Positions 7,717 through 17,658 of a DNA stretch of 64,000 bases are shown in pieces (positions within the stretch are counted from its first letter, which is position 1; the number at the start of each line of letters is the position of its first letter). The notes under the pieces are model-generated. The model saw nothing but the letters and a program-made list of their open reading frames with translations. It ran no database searches and was not told the origin of the DNA. The position numbers and the translations under genes are program-made. The stretch lies in the sequence record MZ475892.1; one strand, given 5' to 3'.

Positions 7717-10590
7717 TTAGATTTCGTCAGGTTCCCAACACAGAATAGGACGGCGATACACTTGGAATACGCCAGTAGGTGCGTAGCTTGAGCTAAGGTA
7801 TTCTTTAGCGTTTGTACTGAGGCTACGTTCTGACGTAAGCAACTGTTGCCTGTTGTGCGTCCACTGACAACGACCACAAGACTCTGCTTCGATACCTGCA
7901 TCTGAATCCCAACCAGGCACGTCGAATGTTTTGTTCCATCCGTTGAAGTGGTGAGTAGACACCGCTCCGTTGCCTGTTGCACACAGCACCATATACTGGT
8001 AGTCAGACTCGAAGTAGATAGGCACGTTACGGCCTGTAGGGATAGAAGGACCGTTAGCGTTATACGTCAACTGCCAACCAGTACGGTCTGCTGAGCCTGT
8101 AGACATGAACAACGGTCTACGGATAATCATCATGATACCGTTCTGCGTTCCGTTGTCGCTAGTCTTGGTGCAGTACGCATTGCAGCGCAGCGCACGGTCA
8201 ACAGTGAACAACGTACTGTTGGAGAAGTCAGCATTGTACAGGTTAGCCGCCCACTGAGGTAAGTTAGCAGCTTCTGGTACAATGAAGTGACGCTCTGCCA
8301 GTTCCAGATCACCGTAGCGGTCATAAGCAAACACGATATACTCGTAGCCTGCATCGATCTGAATGTTATGTCCTTGAGAACCCACGCCAGTCCACTTCCA
8401 AACAATCTGCCAGTCGTTAGTATCACGTCCAGGCGTATCGTTTATCAGGCCGTACTTGCGTTCGTATATCTGCCATACTCGGGAGCCACCAGTTGCAGCA
8501 AAGTACAAGCTGCCTGGATTAGAGCGGTCACCACCACAACGAGTAAGGTGGTCAGGGCCTGCTTCGTTGTAAGCACTGGCTCCGCCTACACCGTCAAACA
8601 TTTCCCAGTTCATCATCAAGTGAGAGGTGCACAACTCATTTGGTCCGCTATCATCCGTTGTCGTAACAAGATATTCGTACTGGTCAGCAAACGGATAGTA
8701 GACAGTCTCTGTTCCTGCCATAGCAACACGACGAACCCAATCGTGTGACTGCACTTTAGGTACAGGGAAGCAAGGGTTAGTCACAGACACGACGAAACTT
8801 TTAGTCTCGTACATCGGCAGCTTTTTGAAGCGGTTATCACGAATCGTTACCGTGTGCTTCATGCCGTAAGTCTGTGCACCGTCCATACCGCCTAGCACTT
8901 TGTAGTAGCTGAGATGCGCACTCTTGGTGCTCTCGTATAGCCCCGTGATGCCAAGCGACATGGCGCTGTTACGGTCAGTACCACAGCAATACTGATTGCC
9001 GTAGCTGTCATACGCGAAGCCCACAGAGAAGTAGCTATCAGGGTCAGACGACTGAGATCCGTAGTACATCTCAGTAGGCGCATTGCCCTCACCAACACCA
9101 GGCAGGCCAAAGCAGCAATAGCAACCGCGATACTGATACTGTCCGCCTTCGTACACGCGACGAGAAGCACCTATGCGATACATAGCACCAGCAAGTCCGC
9201 CTTGAGTACGGTTAACGTTCGCCGTGTCATAGGAAACGACATAAACAAAGTGGTCGGCGCCAATCGAGTTCAGGAACGCAGCCATGTTAGCAGCATTCGT
9301 TGTTCCTGGTGCAGTACCTTCGGCCGAAACGTGAATGTCATACGCTCTGCGATCTACGAGCACTTGGTCGGACTTGCGAATCTTGTACACGTTGAAGCCG
9401 CGAGAATCTCGGTAGTACACGCCATTCACATACGTGTAACCAACATCGCCTGTGTCAAGCGTGCGCTGATAACCTACGATGTGGCTGAACACGCTACTAC
9501 GCGCTTGCAGACTCGCACCGTTATCGTTCGACCAGTTGACAGATACATCACCAGCAGCCATACGCGCAGCCCAATCATCAGGCTTGTATGGGTAAGTGGT
9601 CACGTCAAAGTTAACGCCATACGCACTGCCTATTTCTACGCAGCACGGGTCACGATAGATGATCTCTGGGTCAAGAATAACATCGTCAGGAATATCGACT
9701 TGACCACAGTACATCTGACGCCACACACCAGCTTGACCGCCGATAGAACCCGGGCCAGCAGCACCTGCGCCAGAGTTGAACTGGTAAGCAGCAGACGCAC
9801 GGTAGTTCTTTTGGTTGCTTAACTGTGGAACGTTCAGCCAGCCTACGTGGTCACCAAAAGCATTGATGGACTTAGAACGCGCAGCCTGAGTAGCGACAAC
9901 GTTAGCAGCACCATTGCTTGTGATACCAAGCGGACTAAAGATAGCGTTGAAGTTAACGTTACCCTCGTACGGACCTTTCTGGAGTACAATCAAGCTGACG
10001 CCGTTACGGTGTGCTTCACGCAAGGCATTAAGCATCGCAGTAGGCATCGACTGACCGCTAGACGACAGCAGCAACATAACGCAGGACCATTGCTGGAAAT
10101 ACTTGTAGGTTCCGTCGTAACCGTAAGCACCAGCATTGATTTCATCCCACGTATGAGACAGCATATCAAGAGGCATACGCTCAAGATAGTGAACAAGCTG
10201 TCCCCATGACTCCATTGCAGATTCATCATCCACAGAAGCGCCATCACTAATGACCAGCATCGTCGAGCCAGCAGTGATGTTAGAGTTATATGCACGCTCG
10301 GTCAGGAACTGGCGCAGCGCACCCATGTTGTTAATTGTGGTATTGCGATAGTTACCCATCCAGCCGTAGCCTTCAGTAACCATTGGACTATCACTGCGAA
10401 TGAAGCTACCGTTCATATACACAGAACCGTAACCGCAAACATACGCGAGAGCATGACCATCAACAACAAAGGATGTGTAGCGATTGCTATCAACACCCAT
10501 CGCATCAACAGCAGCTACGGAGCCATCACCCACACCGCCAGTAAAGACAGGAGTAATGCCTCGTGCATACAAGCAACTTTGTTGCAGCAT
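7717..10590 (-). CDS. Large fibre/receptor-binding protein with ILEI/PANDER-like (GG-type lectin) domain
   Basis: 957 aa; AAFLNSIGADHFVYVVSYD...LAGAMYRIGA...YRGCYCCFG resembles the ILEI pattern; aromatic-rich C-terminal repeats. Confidence 0.65.
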   Translation of the reverse strand: MLQQSCLYARGITPVFTGGVGDGSVAAVDAMGVDSNRYTSFVVDGHALAYVCGYGSVYMNGSFIRSDSPMVTEGYGWMGNYRNTTINNMGALRQFLTERAYNSNITAGSTMLVISDGASVDDESAMESWGQLVHYLERMPLDMLSHTWDEINAGAYGYDGTYKYFQQWSCVMLLLSSSGQSMPTAMLNALREAHRNGVSLIVLQKGPYEGNVNFNAIFSPLGITSNGAANVVATQAARSKSINAFGDHVGWLNVPQLSNQKNYRASAAYQFNSGAGAAGPGSIGGQAGVWRQMYCGQVDIPDDVILDPEIIYRDPCCVEIGSAYGVNFDVTTYPYKPDDWAARMAAGDVSVNWSNDNGASLQARSSVFSHIVGYQRTLDTGDVGYTYVNGVYYRDSRGFNVYKIRKSDQVLVDRRAYDIHVSAEGTAPGTTNAANMAAFLNSIGADHFVYVVSYDTANVNRTQGGLAGAMYRIGASRRVYEGGQYQYRGCYCCFGLPGVGEGNAPTEMYYGSQSSDPDSYFSVGFAYDSYGNQYCCGTDRNSAMSLGITGLYESTKSAHLSYYKVLGGMDGAQTYGMKHTVTIRDNRFKKLPMYETKSFVVSVTNPCFPVPKVQSHDWVRRVAMAGTETVYYPFADQYEYLVTTTDDSGPNELCTSHLMMNWEMFDGVGGASAYNEAGPDHLTRCGGDRSNPGSLYFAATGGSRVWQIYERKYGLINDTPGRDTNDWQIVWKWTGVGSQGHNIQIDAGYEYIVFAYDRYGDLELAERHFIVPEAANLPQWAANLYNADFSNSTLFTVDRALRCNAYCTKTSDNGTQNGIMMIIRRPLFMSTGSADRTGWQLTYNANGPSIPTGRNVPIYFESDYQYMVLCATGNGAVSTHHFNGWNKTFDVPGWDSDAGIEAESCGRCQWTHNRQQLLTSERSLSTNAKEYLSSSYAPTGVFQVYRRPILCWEPDEI

Positions 10591-10611
10591 ATTATGTCCT
10601 TAGATCGGCAA

Positions 10612-10630
10612 GAGGGGCCGAAGCCCCTTC
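10612..10630 (-). terminator. UUCG-capped hairpin (weak terminator or stabiliser)
   Basis: - strand AGGGGC-TTCG-GCCCCT in the intergenic gap; the U-tract is short. Confidence 0.5.
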
Positions 10631-10633
10631 CTG

Positions 10634-12655
10634 TTAGCCAAATACAATCTCAGTGATTGCAAGATACGTCACATCGTTTGAGTCACCACGGTCACCAGAA
10701 CCGTATGCCATCAACCAAATCTCTTCACCTGCAGGGATGTTAGTGTCGAATGTGATACGTTGCAGAACGTTAGCACTTGAGTAAACACGCTGCGCTGCAC
10801 CAGCACCTGCATAACGTTCGTAGATGGACATGTCGTGCCAGCTACCGTTATTGCCATCAAACACCCAATCAAATGTGATTCGCTTGATAGGTCGAGTGAA
10901 GAAGTTATTCCACTTGAACCAACCATTCGAGCCACCCCAGAAGTTCATATAGCTGCCGTCCCAAACCTTCAGGTTCTCAATGCCCCCGCTGACTGTACGA
11001 CCGCCAGTTTGTGTGAATGCATAGCAGTACCATGGGAATGGATCTGAATCAGGCGGCTGTGAGTTACCACCAGCAACGGTGATGCAGCGATACGGAACTG
11101 TGAAGTCTCTGACGTTAATGTGCGGAGGCTGAATCGGACAGTACACATAGTAAGACCAGTCACACCCGATAGGGCCTGTAACGCGCACTGTGATTTCAGA
11201 ACGCAGGACATGCTCAGGGTATTTCCAGAACTCAAGTGTACCGACGGCGCCTGCTACGACAATAGACGTATCAAGCAGATTCATATCACGGTCAAATACC
11301 TCGAACTTGGTGTCGAATGAGTTAGCAACGCATACGACCAGCTCGGCTCGGATATCTGTCTGTGTGCCTAACGCAAAATTATCTTCTGTGGTTGGATGAC
11401 CGGCAGAGTAAACGCTGTAGCTTTGGCACGGATGCATGAACTCACGCGCACCACGCTCCGAAGGACAATAAAGGCTGTAGAAGAAGCTGTCAAGGGACTC
11501 AGCGTTTCCAAAGTCTTTAGATACCACGCGCACCATAATGTCACACGCGATGTTCTTAGGGTCAAAGTAGAAATACAGATAACCCTCAAGTGTCTTCGCA
11601 TCAAGCGTTGTTGCAATACGTCTACCGTTTTGATACACCTCAATGAAGTCGAGCGTTTCCCATGAGGTATAATCGAGGTACATCCAGCCTGCTGTCCAGC
11701 CCACAAAGTGATAATACTCGAACGCGTTAGCATTCTGAATACGCTCTGCAATAGGCCATACTGAGGCATGACACGGAGCTGGGAAGACTGGCGTGCCGAT
11801 ATAGTCAGGATTGATAACGTCAGGGTAGTTGATAACGTCATACGCAGCTTGACTATCAAGCGCTAACCCACCACGGTCAGAAGGTGCAGAAAGCAGAGGA
11901 GGATAAACCATCATGCTCCAGCCGTAACCTTGGGTTGTGCGCACACGTATCATGATACGCATATCGGCCGCGTCAGGGTCAAACTGGAACTTGATGCGAG
12001 AGCGTCCTGTTACTTTACCGCAAGATGAAGCTACGCGCACGCCCATGTGATAGACGTCAATGCTTGCACCAGCAGGCGCATACGAAGCAAAGTTAACTTC
12101 GACGTAACCTTCAGTTGCAGGCAGCGCATAGATCGTTTCAGTGATAATCGCACCACGACCGTGAGTAGATGCATAAGGCACGTTTGGGTTAGCATACGTA
12201 CCAAGACCTGCTCTCGATGCTACACCTACAGGGTCATAAGACTCAAGCGTCTTAATGCCTGGACGATTGATACTGCGACCAGTTGGCGGTGCTGACGAGT
12301 TGACGACACCGAAGCCTGTACGACCCGCATCAGGCAAGTCGAAACCTATTGGATAGCCACCAAGAATCGTATAGCTCTCACGACCACCACTGCCTATACC
12401 GTTACCGGAGCCTTTGGTTGTTGACGTAGGGCCACCGCCACATGCACCTGTTTCAAGATTCGAACAGGGATCATCATATGTAGGGTCAAACGTGTCATCG
12501 ATTAAATGCCAACGCTTGCCCCACTGATTACGCACGCTGAACTTCTCAGGTGTTAGAGGAGTCCAGTCACCTTCCTTGGTGCGAACGTACATGGGCGTAT
12601 CGACACAATCAAGCCAACCGTTATTCGCAGCATTACGAACGCGAAAACGTGACAT
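10634..12655 (-). CDS. Virion protein with three ~85-aa beta-sandwich repeats
   Basis: 673 aa; three repeats with ...VY/VF...F...P...IxVRV...W/F...YxP. Confidence 0.7.
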   Translation of the reverse strand: MSRFRVRNAANNGWLDCVDTPMYVRTKEGDWTPLTPEKFSVRNQWGKRWHLIDDTFDPTYDDPCSNLETGACGGGPTSTTKGSGNGIGSGGRESYTILGGYPIGFDLPDAGRTGFGVVNSSAPPTGRSINRPGIKTLESYDPVGVASRAGLGTYANPNVPYASTHGRGAIITETIYALPATEGYVEVNFASYAPAGASIDVYHMGVRVASSCGKVTGRSRIKFQFDPDAADMRIMIRVRTTQGYGWSMMVYPPLLSAPSDRGGLALDSQAAYDVINYPDVINPDYIGTPVFPAPCHASVWPIAERIQNANAFEYYHFVGWTAGWMYLDYTSWETLDFIEVYQNGRRIATTLDAKTLEGYLYFYFDPKNIACDIMVRVVSKDFGNAESLDSFFYSLYCPSERGAREFMHPCQSYSVYSAGHPTTEDNFALGTQTDIRAELVVCVANSFDTKFEVFDRDMNLLDTSIVVAGAVGTLEFWKYPEHVLRSEITVRVTGPIGCDWSYYVYCPIQPPHINVRDFTVPYRCITVAGGNSQPPDSDPFPWYCYAFTQTGGRTVSGGIENLKVWDGSYMNFWGGSNGWFKWNNFFTRPIKRITFDWVFDGNNGSWHDMSIYERYAGAGAAQRVYSSANVLQRITFDTNIPAGEEIWLMAYGSGDRGDSNDVTYLAITEIVFG

Positions 12656-12666
12656 GTACTATCTCC

Positions 12667-13158
12667 TTACGGTCTGACCCAGATAGCGCCTGCTGGAACT
12701 TCTTGATCTTGAGCAGGATCGGTATCTTGTACGAAGACAGCTACCACGCCTGGGTTTCCAGGAGCACCAGTCGGGCCTGTAGCGCCAGTAGGACCTGCTG
12801 GACCACGAATACCCACATAGCCTTGCTTGCCCGGCAGGCCATCGATACCACGAGGACCAACACAGCCGTCAGTACCGCGTTTACCGTCAGAACCCATCAG
12901 GCCGTCGATACCATCACGTCCAGAAGCACCAACACCACCTTCAGGACCGTAGCCGATGCTGTAGATAGTAGGCAGGCCAGAGATAGCGAGCTTTCCGATA
13001 CTCGGAATATTGATAGACAGCACACCTGTCAGTTGATCGAAGGCGCCTTGTAGCGTTGTTTCGTCTTCGGCAACATCAACAGACACACCGCCTTGAGTTG
13101 CTACTACTTTACCAGATGCATTAGTCTTGAGTAGCGATATATCAACCTTTTCTACCAC
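12667..13158 (-). CDS. Collagen-like fibre protein 2
   Basis: 23 G-X-Y triplets (about 12742-12948); ends PAGAIWVRP. Confidence 0.85.
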   Translation of the reverse strand: MVEKVDISLLKTNASGKVVATQGGVSVDVAEDETTLQGAFDQLTGVLSINIPSIGKLAISGLPTIYSIGYGPEGGVGASGRDGIDGLMGSDGKRGTDGCVGPRGIDGLPGKQGYVGIRGPAGPTGATGPTGAPGNPGVVAVFVQDTDPAQDQEVPAGAIWVRP

Positions 13159-13167
13159 GAGAACTCC

Positions 13168-13800
13168 TTATGGCCATGTGGTGCCTTGATCTTTAGTAGG
13201 GTCCACCCAGAGCGTACCTGCGGCTACAGCTCCCGGCTGGGTAGCGCTAACGATAATTGCAAGACGACCGGAAGGACCTGCAGGACCAGTTGGGCCAGTA
13301 GGACCAGTACCACCAGTAGAGCCAGTAGGACCAGTACCACCGCGAGGGCCAGTAGGTCCAGTCGGTCCCATAGGCCCTTCACGACCTTCTCTGCCCGTAG
13401 GCCCAACATTACCGTCACGGCCATCACGACCGTCCGGGCCTGGTATGCCTTGCTCACCATCAGGGCCCACAGGGCCTGTACAGCCTGGACCGCCCGTTGC
13501 ACCATCACGACCATCACGACCATCTTTTCCGTCTGCACCTGTTTCACCTTTCTGACCTGTACGACCTGCTGGAATATCAGACGCAGTTGGGAAACCTGAG
13601 ACTTTGAGACTACTGCCGTTAGCAAAGCGCAGAGTTAACACGCCCGCAGTAGCGTCATACGAGGAATCTGACGTGACTTCTGATGGAGCTTCGGACTCAG
13701 CGCTGTTAACGACAAGTGTGCCGCCAGATGCTCGGACAGGTGTTGCAACAGAGCTTACGCCCGCAGCGATTAAACTTGTTTTTACCTTTATCAAACTCAT
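13168..13800 (-). CDS. Collagen-like fibre protein 3
   Basis: 34 G-X-Y triplets (about 13261-13566), GPT-rich; ends AAGTLWVDP... Confidence 0.85.
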   Translation of the reverse strand: MSLIKVKTSLIAAGVSSVATPVRASGGTLVVNSAESEAPSEVTSDSSYDATAGVLTLRFANGSSLKVSGFPTASDIPAGRTGQKGETGADGKDGRDGRDGATGGPGCTGPVGPDGEQGIPGPDGRDGRDGNVGPTGREGREGPMGPTGPTGPRGGTGPTGSTGGTGPTGPTGPAGPSGRLAIIVSATQPGAVAAGTLWVDPTKDQGTTWP

Positions 13801-15236
13801 TACGTCTTCTCCGCCTGAGCAGTCATATCCGTGTTATGAGCCAGAACATCACCAACGAAATAGCAGTCGAAAGGTTCAACGTCTATGTCTACGGTATTAA
13901 CGAGTTGGTCTATACGACGACATTCGTATACAGACACAGGACCTTTGCGCCCTCTGACTTGCATTCCTTGCTTAACTTCACGAGCAGGAACATAGCGCCA
14001 TTGCTTATCATCATAGATCAGCACAGGATGTTCGTGCGTAAACTTCTGTCCATTAATGACGAAGTAGTGATCTTCCTGACCATACTTGAGTGCGCGCACA
14101 GCAGCATAGACATTCTTACCTTTCAGACTTGGTGAGGACCATTTACGGAACTCTTTAGGCTGATTGGAGAACGATGCAAGCATATCGCCTACAGACAAAC
14201 GTTCAACAGGCACAGAGCCAGCGATTGTATGCACAGTAGAGCCGAACACGATACAGCCAGATGTTTTACTCACAGGGTTACGTGCCACTACGGTCAAAGC
14301 AGATTTCACAGTGACTGTAGGACGAGACGGTTGCCCCATGTCTGTTACTAAACAACTGATGGTGCCTCTGATAGTACGGTCAGCACCGAGACCAAGACGC
14401 AGATAGAAGTTAACTATGCATGTGTTAGTCTCTATGGCGTCAAGGTTAACGCCCTCAGTTGTTGTGATTGTCCACTTGTACTTGTATGGACCCACACCGC
14501 CACGCGCATTGACAGGCAGATAAGCAAGCGAGGTGAATACGTCAGACCCTTGTACTGTGCGCGTGCCTACCATGTACAGACTAGACACAGAAGCAACAAG
14601 TGGGCTGATAGTAGGAAGAGGAGGTGCTGGCGATACGTTAGCAGTCGGGTACAGCCACACGAACACGTTAGATGCAGTGGGTTGCACATTAGACAGCACA
14701 GCAGTTTCGATAGGTGCAGGACCTGTAGGACCCGTTGCACCTGCGATACAGCTTGGACCGTCATTGCCTCGTGGGCCGAGTATGCCAGTAGGACCCGTTG
14801 GACCGATTGGCCCTGTAGGTCCGTCTTTACCGTCAGGACCCGTGTCACCGTCAGGGCCAGTAGCGCCATCACGGCCAGGCTCACCCGCAGTGCCATTAAG
14901 ACCTCTAGCACCAGGGAGACCACCACAGCCGTCAGCACCAGTAGAGCCATCACGACCGTCACGACCGTCACGACCAGCAGCGCCTGGCGCACCTCTCTTA
15001 CCTTGCTTACCTGAACCAAACATTGCACTCGTAGGCAGGCCGGGGATATTAACTAAATCCCCATTCTGTTTGATGAGTACGAGCACGCCGTTCTTACTGT
15101 CAAACTTTACGCTTGCGATCTGTGTCGTTGTCAACACATCGGAGGATTCGAATTGAATACCACCAGCAACAGCAACAACGGATTTACCTTCATCGTTGCC
15201 TGTTGTCTCGATTTGCGAAAGTTTTAAGTCTGTCAT
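13800..15236 (-). CDS. Collagen-like fibre protein 4 with Ig-like domain and C-terminal Hint domain
   Basis: About 33 triplets (14715-15011), a [10 protein letters not shown] Ig-like domain, then C...TxxH...HN/T. Confidence 0.85.
   Translation of the reverse strand: MTDLKLSQIETTGNDEGKSVVAVAGGIQFESSDVLTTTQIASVKFDSKNGVLVLIKQNGDLVNIPGLPTSAMFGSGKQGKRGAPGAAGRDGRDGRDGSTGADGCGGLPGARGLNGTAGEPGRDGATGPDGDTGPDGKDGPTGPIGPTGPTGILGPRGNDGPSCIAGATGPTGPAPIETAVLSNVQPTASNVFVWLYPTANVSPAPPLPTISPLVASVSSLYMVGTRTVQGSDVFTSLAYLPVNARGGVGPYKYKWTITTTEGVNLDAIETNTCIVNFYLRLGLGADRTIRGTISCLVTDMGQPSRPTVTVKSALTVVARNPVSKTSGCIVFGSTVHTIAGSVPVERLSVGDMLASFSNQPKEFRKWSSPSLKGKNVYAAVRALKYGQEDHYFVINGQKFTHEHPVLIYDDKQWRYVPAREVKQGMQVRGRKGPVSVYECRRIDQLVNTVDIDVEPFDCYFVGDVLAHNTDMTAQAEKT
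13833..14255 (-). other. Hint (mini-intein/BIL-like) domain, 141 aa
   Basis: Starts CIVFGS (Cys1), block B FTHEHP, ends [10 protein letters not shown] followed by Thr; no endonuclease insert. Confidence 0.8.
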
Positions 15237-17572
15237 TTAGGCTCGACCTTAATGCACAAGTTACCAATCAGCTTCGAACCGTAGCTCGTGATCTGGGCAT
15301 TACTGATACGCACCTTAGCGACAATATCAATAAAGCCTTGAGGTTGGTTCTCGGCTAACACGACAAGCATCTGGGTGATACTGACATTTGAATACGCGAT
15401 GATCTCAGTCAGGTTTTCTGTAGAATCAACAACGTTGAAACCACTGCTACCCGTACCTTTTAGACCACGACCGTATTCAGCCTCGGCAAGGCCAGGCGTC
15501 TTGTACGATAGAACGTACTCGATATGCTCTTTGCCGCTGGTGGCCTTAAAGCCAGGACCCAATTGACACTGGAAGTCTGCAACGCAGGTGAGCATGACAC
15601 CTTTCTTGAACTCGATGCGCTGCGTAATCGTCAGCTCCTCTGAGTCCTCAACATCTTGGTGGATGTTGTACATGTTCTTAGGGTCAGCTTCTTCTGCAAG
15701 CGCCTGCGTGTTGCTAATAGTGATGTTAGGCCACTCACCGCTGATCTTAATGCCTTCACCCTGAATGATTTCAGGAACGAACATAGGCACATCAATCGGC
15801 GAGAGTCCCTGACGCTTGAACATGAAGCCTGTTGGCGTAGGGATAACATCAATGATAACGCCATCAACAGAACTGTCTTTCGAGCCTACAGCCATCACGT
15901 TTTCGAAGATGGTGATTTCCACCAGCGTGTCTGCTGGGATAGGCGATACAGTCTGCAACGAGTTACCAACGACGGTGAAGTCAGAAGGATGAATCGTCAG
16001 ACCACCCATCGTTGCAACAACGTGCGCTTTGTTCAGTGGGCTAGTCGGAAGAATGTATGTATCAGCATCATAAGGAAGACGATACTGAGAAACACGCATA
16101 CGAGTAGACCAGTTGGCGCGTTCTTCATAGCGGGCAACATAGAAAGAATACTTCTGGCCAGAAGGAATTGCCTGCGTTAACGTAATCTTATTGCCGTTGT
16201 TGATCTTGTAGACTGTGGAGGGCTGCCACGTTGAGCCTACAACACAGAAGACCATATCGGCGCTTTCGATTACTTGACTACCCAGAGAGAACTGAGTTGT
16301 CTGACCGTCACCTACACCTTCGTACAGCTCAAACAGAACGACATGGCCTTGAGATGGTTCGATACGGAACTGTCTCAGGTCAAGCAGCATCTGTTGTTCA
16401 GGGTAGGATGAAAGCAGCAACTGATCTTCCTGAACGGAGTATGCAGTGCGCGGCTGGAGAACGCCTGACGTGCCTACAAATAAATCAGTAGAGCTATCAA
16501 GAATCTCGGTCAGTTGGTAACGCAGAGCATCAGGAGTAGCTGTGGTCACAACAGAACTAAACAGCATCTTGCCTGGTGGTACAAACAGGCTTGCAGTCGT
16601 CTGACGTGAGCCACCAACAGGACCCCAATACGGTTCGTTGTCTGCACCACGCATCAATCCCCATGTGCTCGGCACATCGTTGTTAGCAGGCCACGGGATG
16701 CCAGCGCTCGGCGTAGTTGGGTTAGTGATTCGACGCCACACAGCGATAGACGTTTGCGCAGACACGAATGGGATAGCGCTGTCCAAGTTGACAAGCTGCT
16801 GGTTGGTGTATTTGAAGTGACGACAAGCGCCTGCACCAGTACCTGCAATAGTCTGCACGAGGACGGTCTCACCTTCTTTGAGAGAAGTAAGACTTGGAAT
16901 CTTAAACGTGTTAGCGTTAATGAAACCAGTAGAGGTAATCTGGCCGCTGAACACACGGTCGTGCTCGCTGAAAGCCCAATAGTAAGAGCCTGCACCGTAG
17001 CGCGAAGCCTGACCAGGAGATTTAGAGCCATCGCTGTTGATATGCATGTCCAGCACAGACACAACGTTGAACACGTTATCGTTCAGGCTAGGCAGATTCT
17101 CCAGCGTTGCTACACTCGGGATAGACGTGTAATCTGCCATCTCAACAGCAAGAATCTTCTGGACGTCCTGCGTCAAATGGATGAGCAAGCTAACGCGAGA
17201 CACAGAGTTTGGAACTGCAATGATAGGCTCTTGCAGAACAACGTGACCGAAAGGACGGTTGTCTTTGAGCATGATCATCAACTCACCCACACGCTTCAAT
17301 TGCTCACCAGCAGCGTAGGTCAGTTTTATATCAAAGATAAAGCGTGCGCTATTCTCAGAGAGAACCTGTACATAGGACAGAGCACCGGAAGCAAGCTCGT
17401 TGCCAAGTAACTGCTCTGGAACCTCAGATGGGTTAGAGCCGATATAGTCACCTGCTTTGAACGAAACTGGCTGCACAGCAATGCCGCCTGCGTTAGCGTT
17501 CGCAACGGCCTGTTCTCCCTGAGGCGTTAAACGCAGAGCGTCAACGTAGATAGATTCATCAGCGGCCATCAA
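15233..17572 (-). CDS. Tail fibre/baseplate protein with tail-collar-like N-terminus
   Basis: 779 aa; [12 protein letters not shown]...FKAGD N-terminus, then repeated GVLQP..Y / STWQP..Y / LTIHP..F beta modules. Confidence 0.65.
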   Translation of the reverse strand: MMAADESIYVDALRLTPQGEQAVANANAGGIAVQPVSFKAGDYIGSNPSEVPEQLLGNELASGALSYVQVLSENSARFIFDIKLTYAAGEQLKRVGELMIMLKDNRPFGHVVLQEPIIAVPNSVSRVSLLIHLTQDVQKILAVEMADYTSIPSVATLENLPSLNDNVFNVVSVLDMHINSDGSKSPGQASRYGAGSYYWAFSEHDRVFSGQITSTGFINANTFKIPSLTSLKEGETVLVQTIAGTGAGACRHFKYTNQQLVNLDSAIPFVSAQTSIAVWRRITNPTTPSAGIPWPANNDVPSTWGLMRGADNEPYWGPVGGSRQTTASLFVPPGKMLFSSVVTTATPDALRYQLTEILDSSTDLFVGTSGVLQPRTAYSVQEDQLLLSSYPEQQMLLDLRQFRIEPSQGHVVLFELYEGVGDGQTTQFSLGSQVIESADMVFCVVGSTWQPSTVYKINNGNKITLTQAIPSGQKYSFYVARYEERANWSTRMRVSQYRLPYDADTYILPTSPLNKAHVVATMGGLTIHPSDFTVVGNSLQTVSPIPADTLVEITIFENVMAVGSKDSSVDGVIIDVIPTPTGFMFKRQGLSPIDVPMFVPEIIQGEGIKISGEWPNITISNTQALAEEADPKNMYNIHQDVEDSEELTITQRIEFKKGVMLTCVADFQCQLGPGFKATSGKEHIEYVLSYKTPGLAEAEYGRGLKGTGSSGFNVVDSTENLTEIIAYSNVSITQMLVVLAENQPQGFIDIVAKVRISNAQITSYGSKLIGNLCIKVEPK

Positions 17573-17599
17573 AAGAACTCCTTGAATATTTACGTTCTT

Positions 17600-17607
17600 A
17601 AATTAGC
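17600..17607 (-). promoter_or_regulatory. GCTAATTT putative late promoter
   Basis: Exact motif directly after a terminator and 28 nt before the ATG at 17572. Confidence 0.6.
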
Positions 17608-17614
17608 AATAAAC

Positions 17615-17653
17615 AAAAAGGGAGCCAGGAACACGCAGCTCCAAGCTCCCTTT
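17615..17653 (-). terminator. Rho-independent terminator
   Basis: - strand AAAGGGAGC...GCTCCCTTTTTGTTT after the stop at 17659. Confidence 0.7.
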
Positions 17654-17658
17654 ATTTT

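Noticed and set aside
13833-14255. Mobile intein with homing endonuclease
   Set aside because: It is only 141 aa, has no LAGLIDADG or HNH insert, and sits near the C-terminus of a fibre rather than in a conserved enzyme site.
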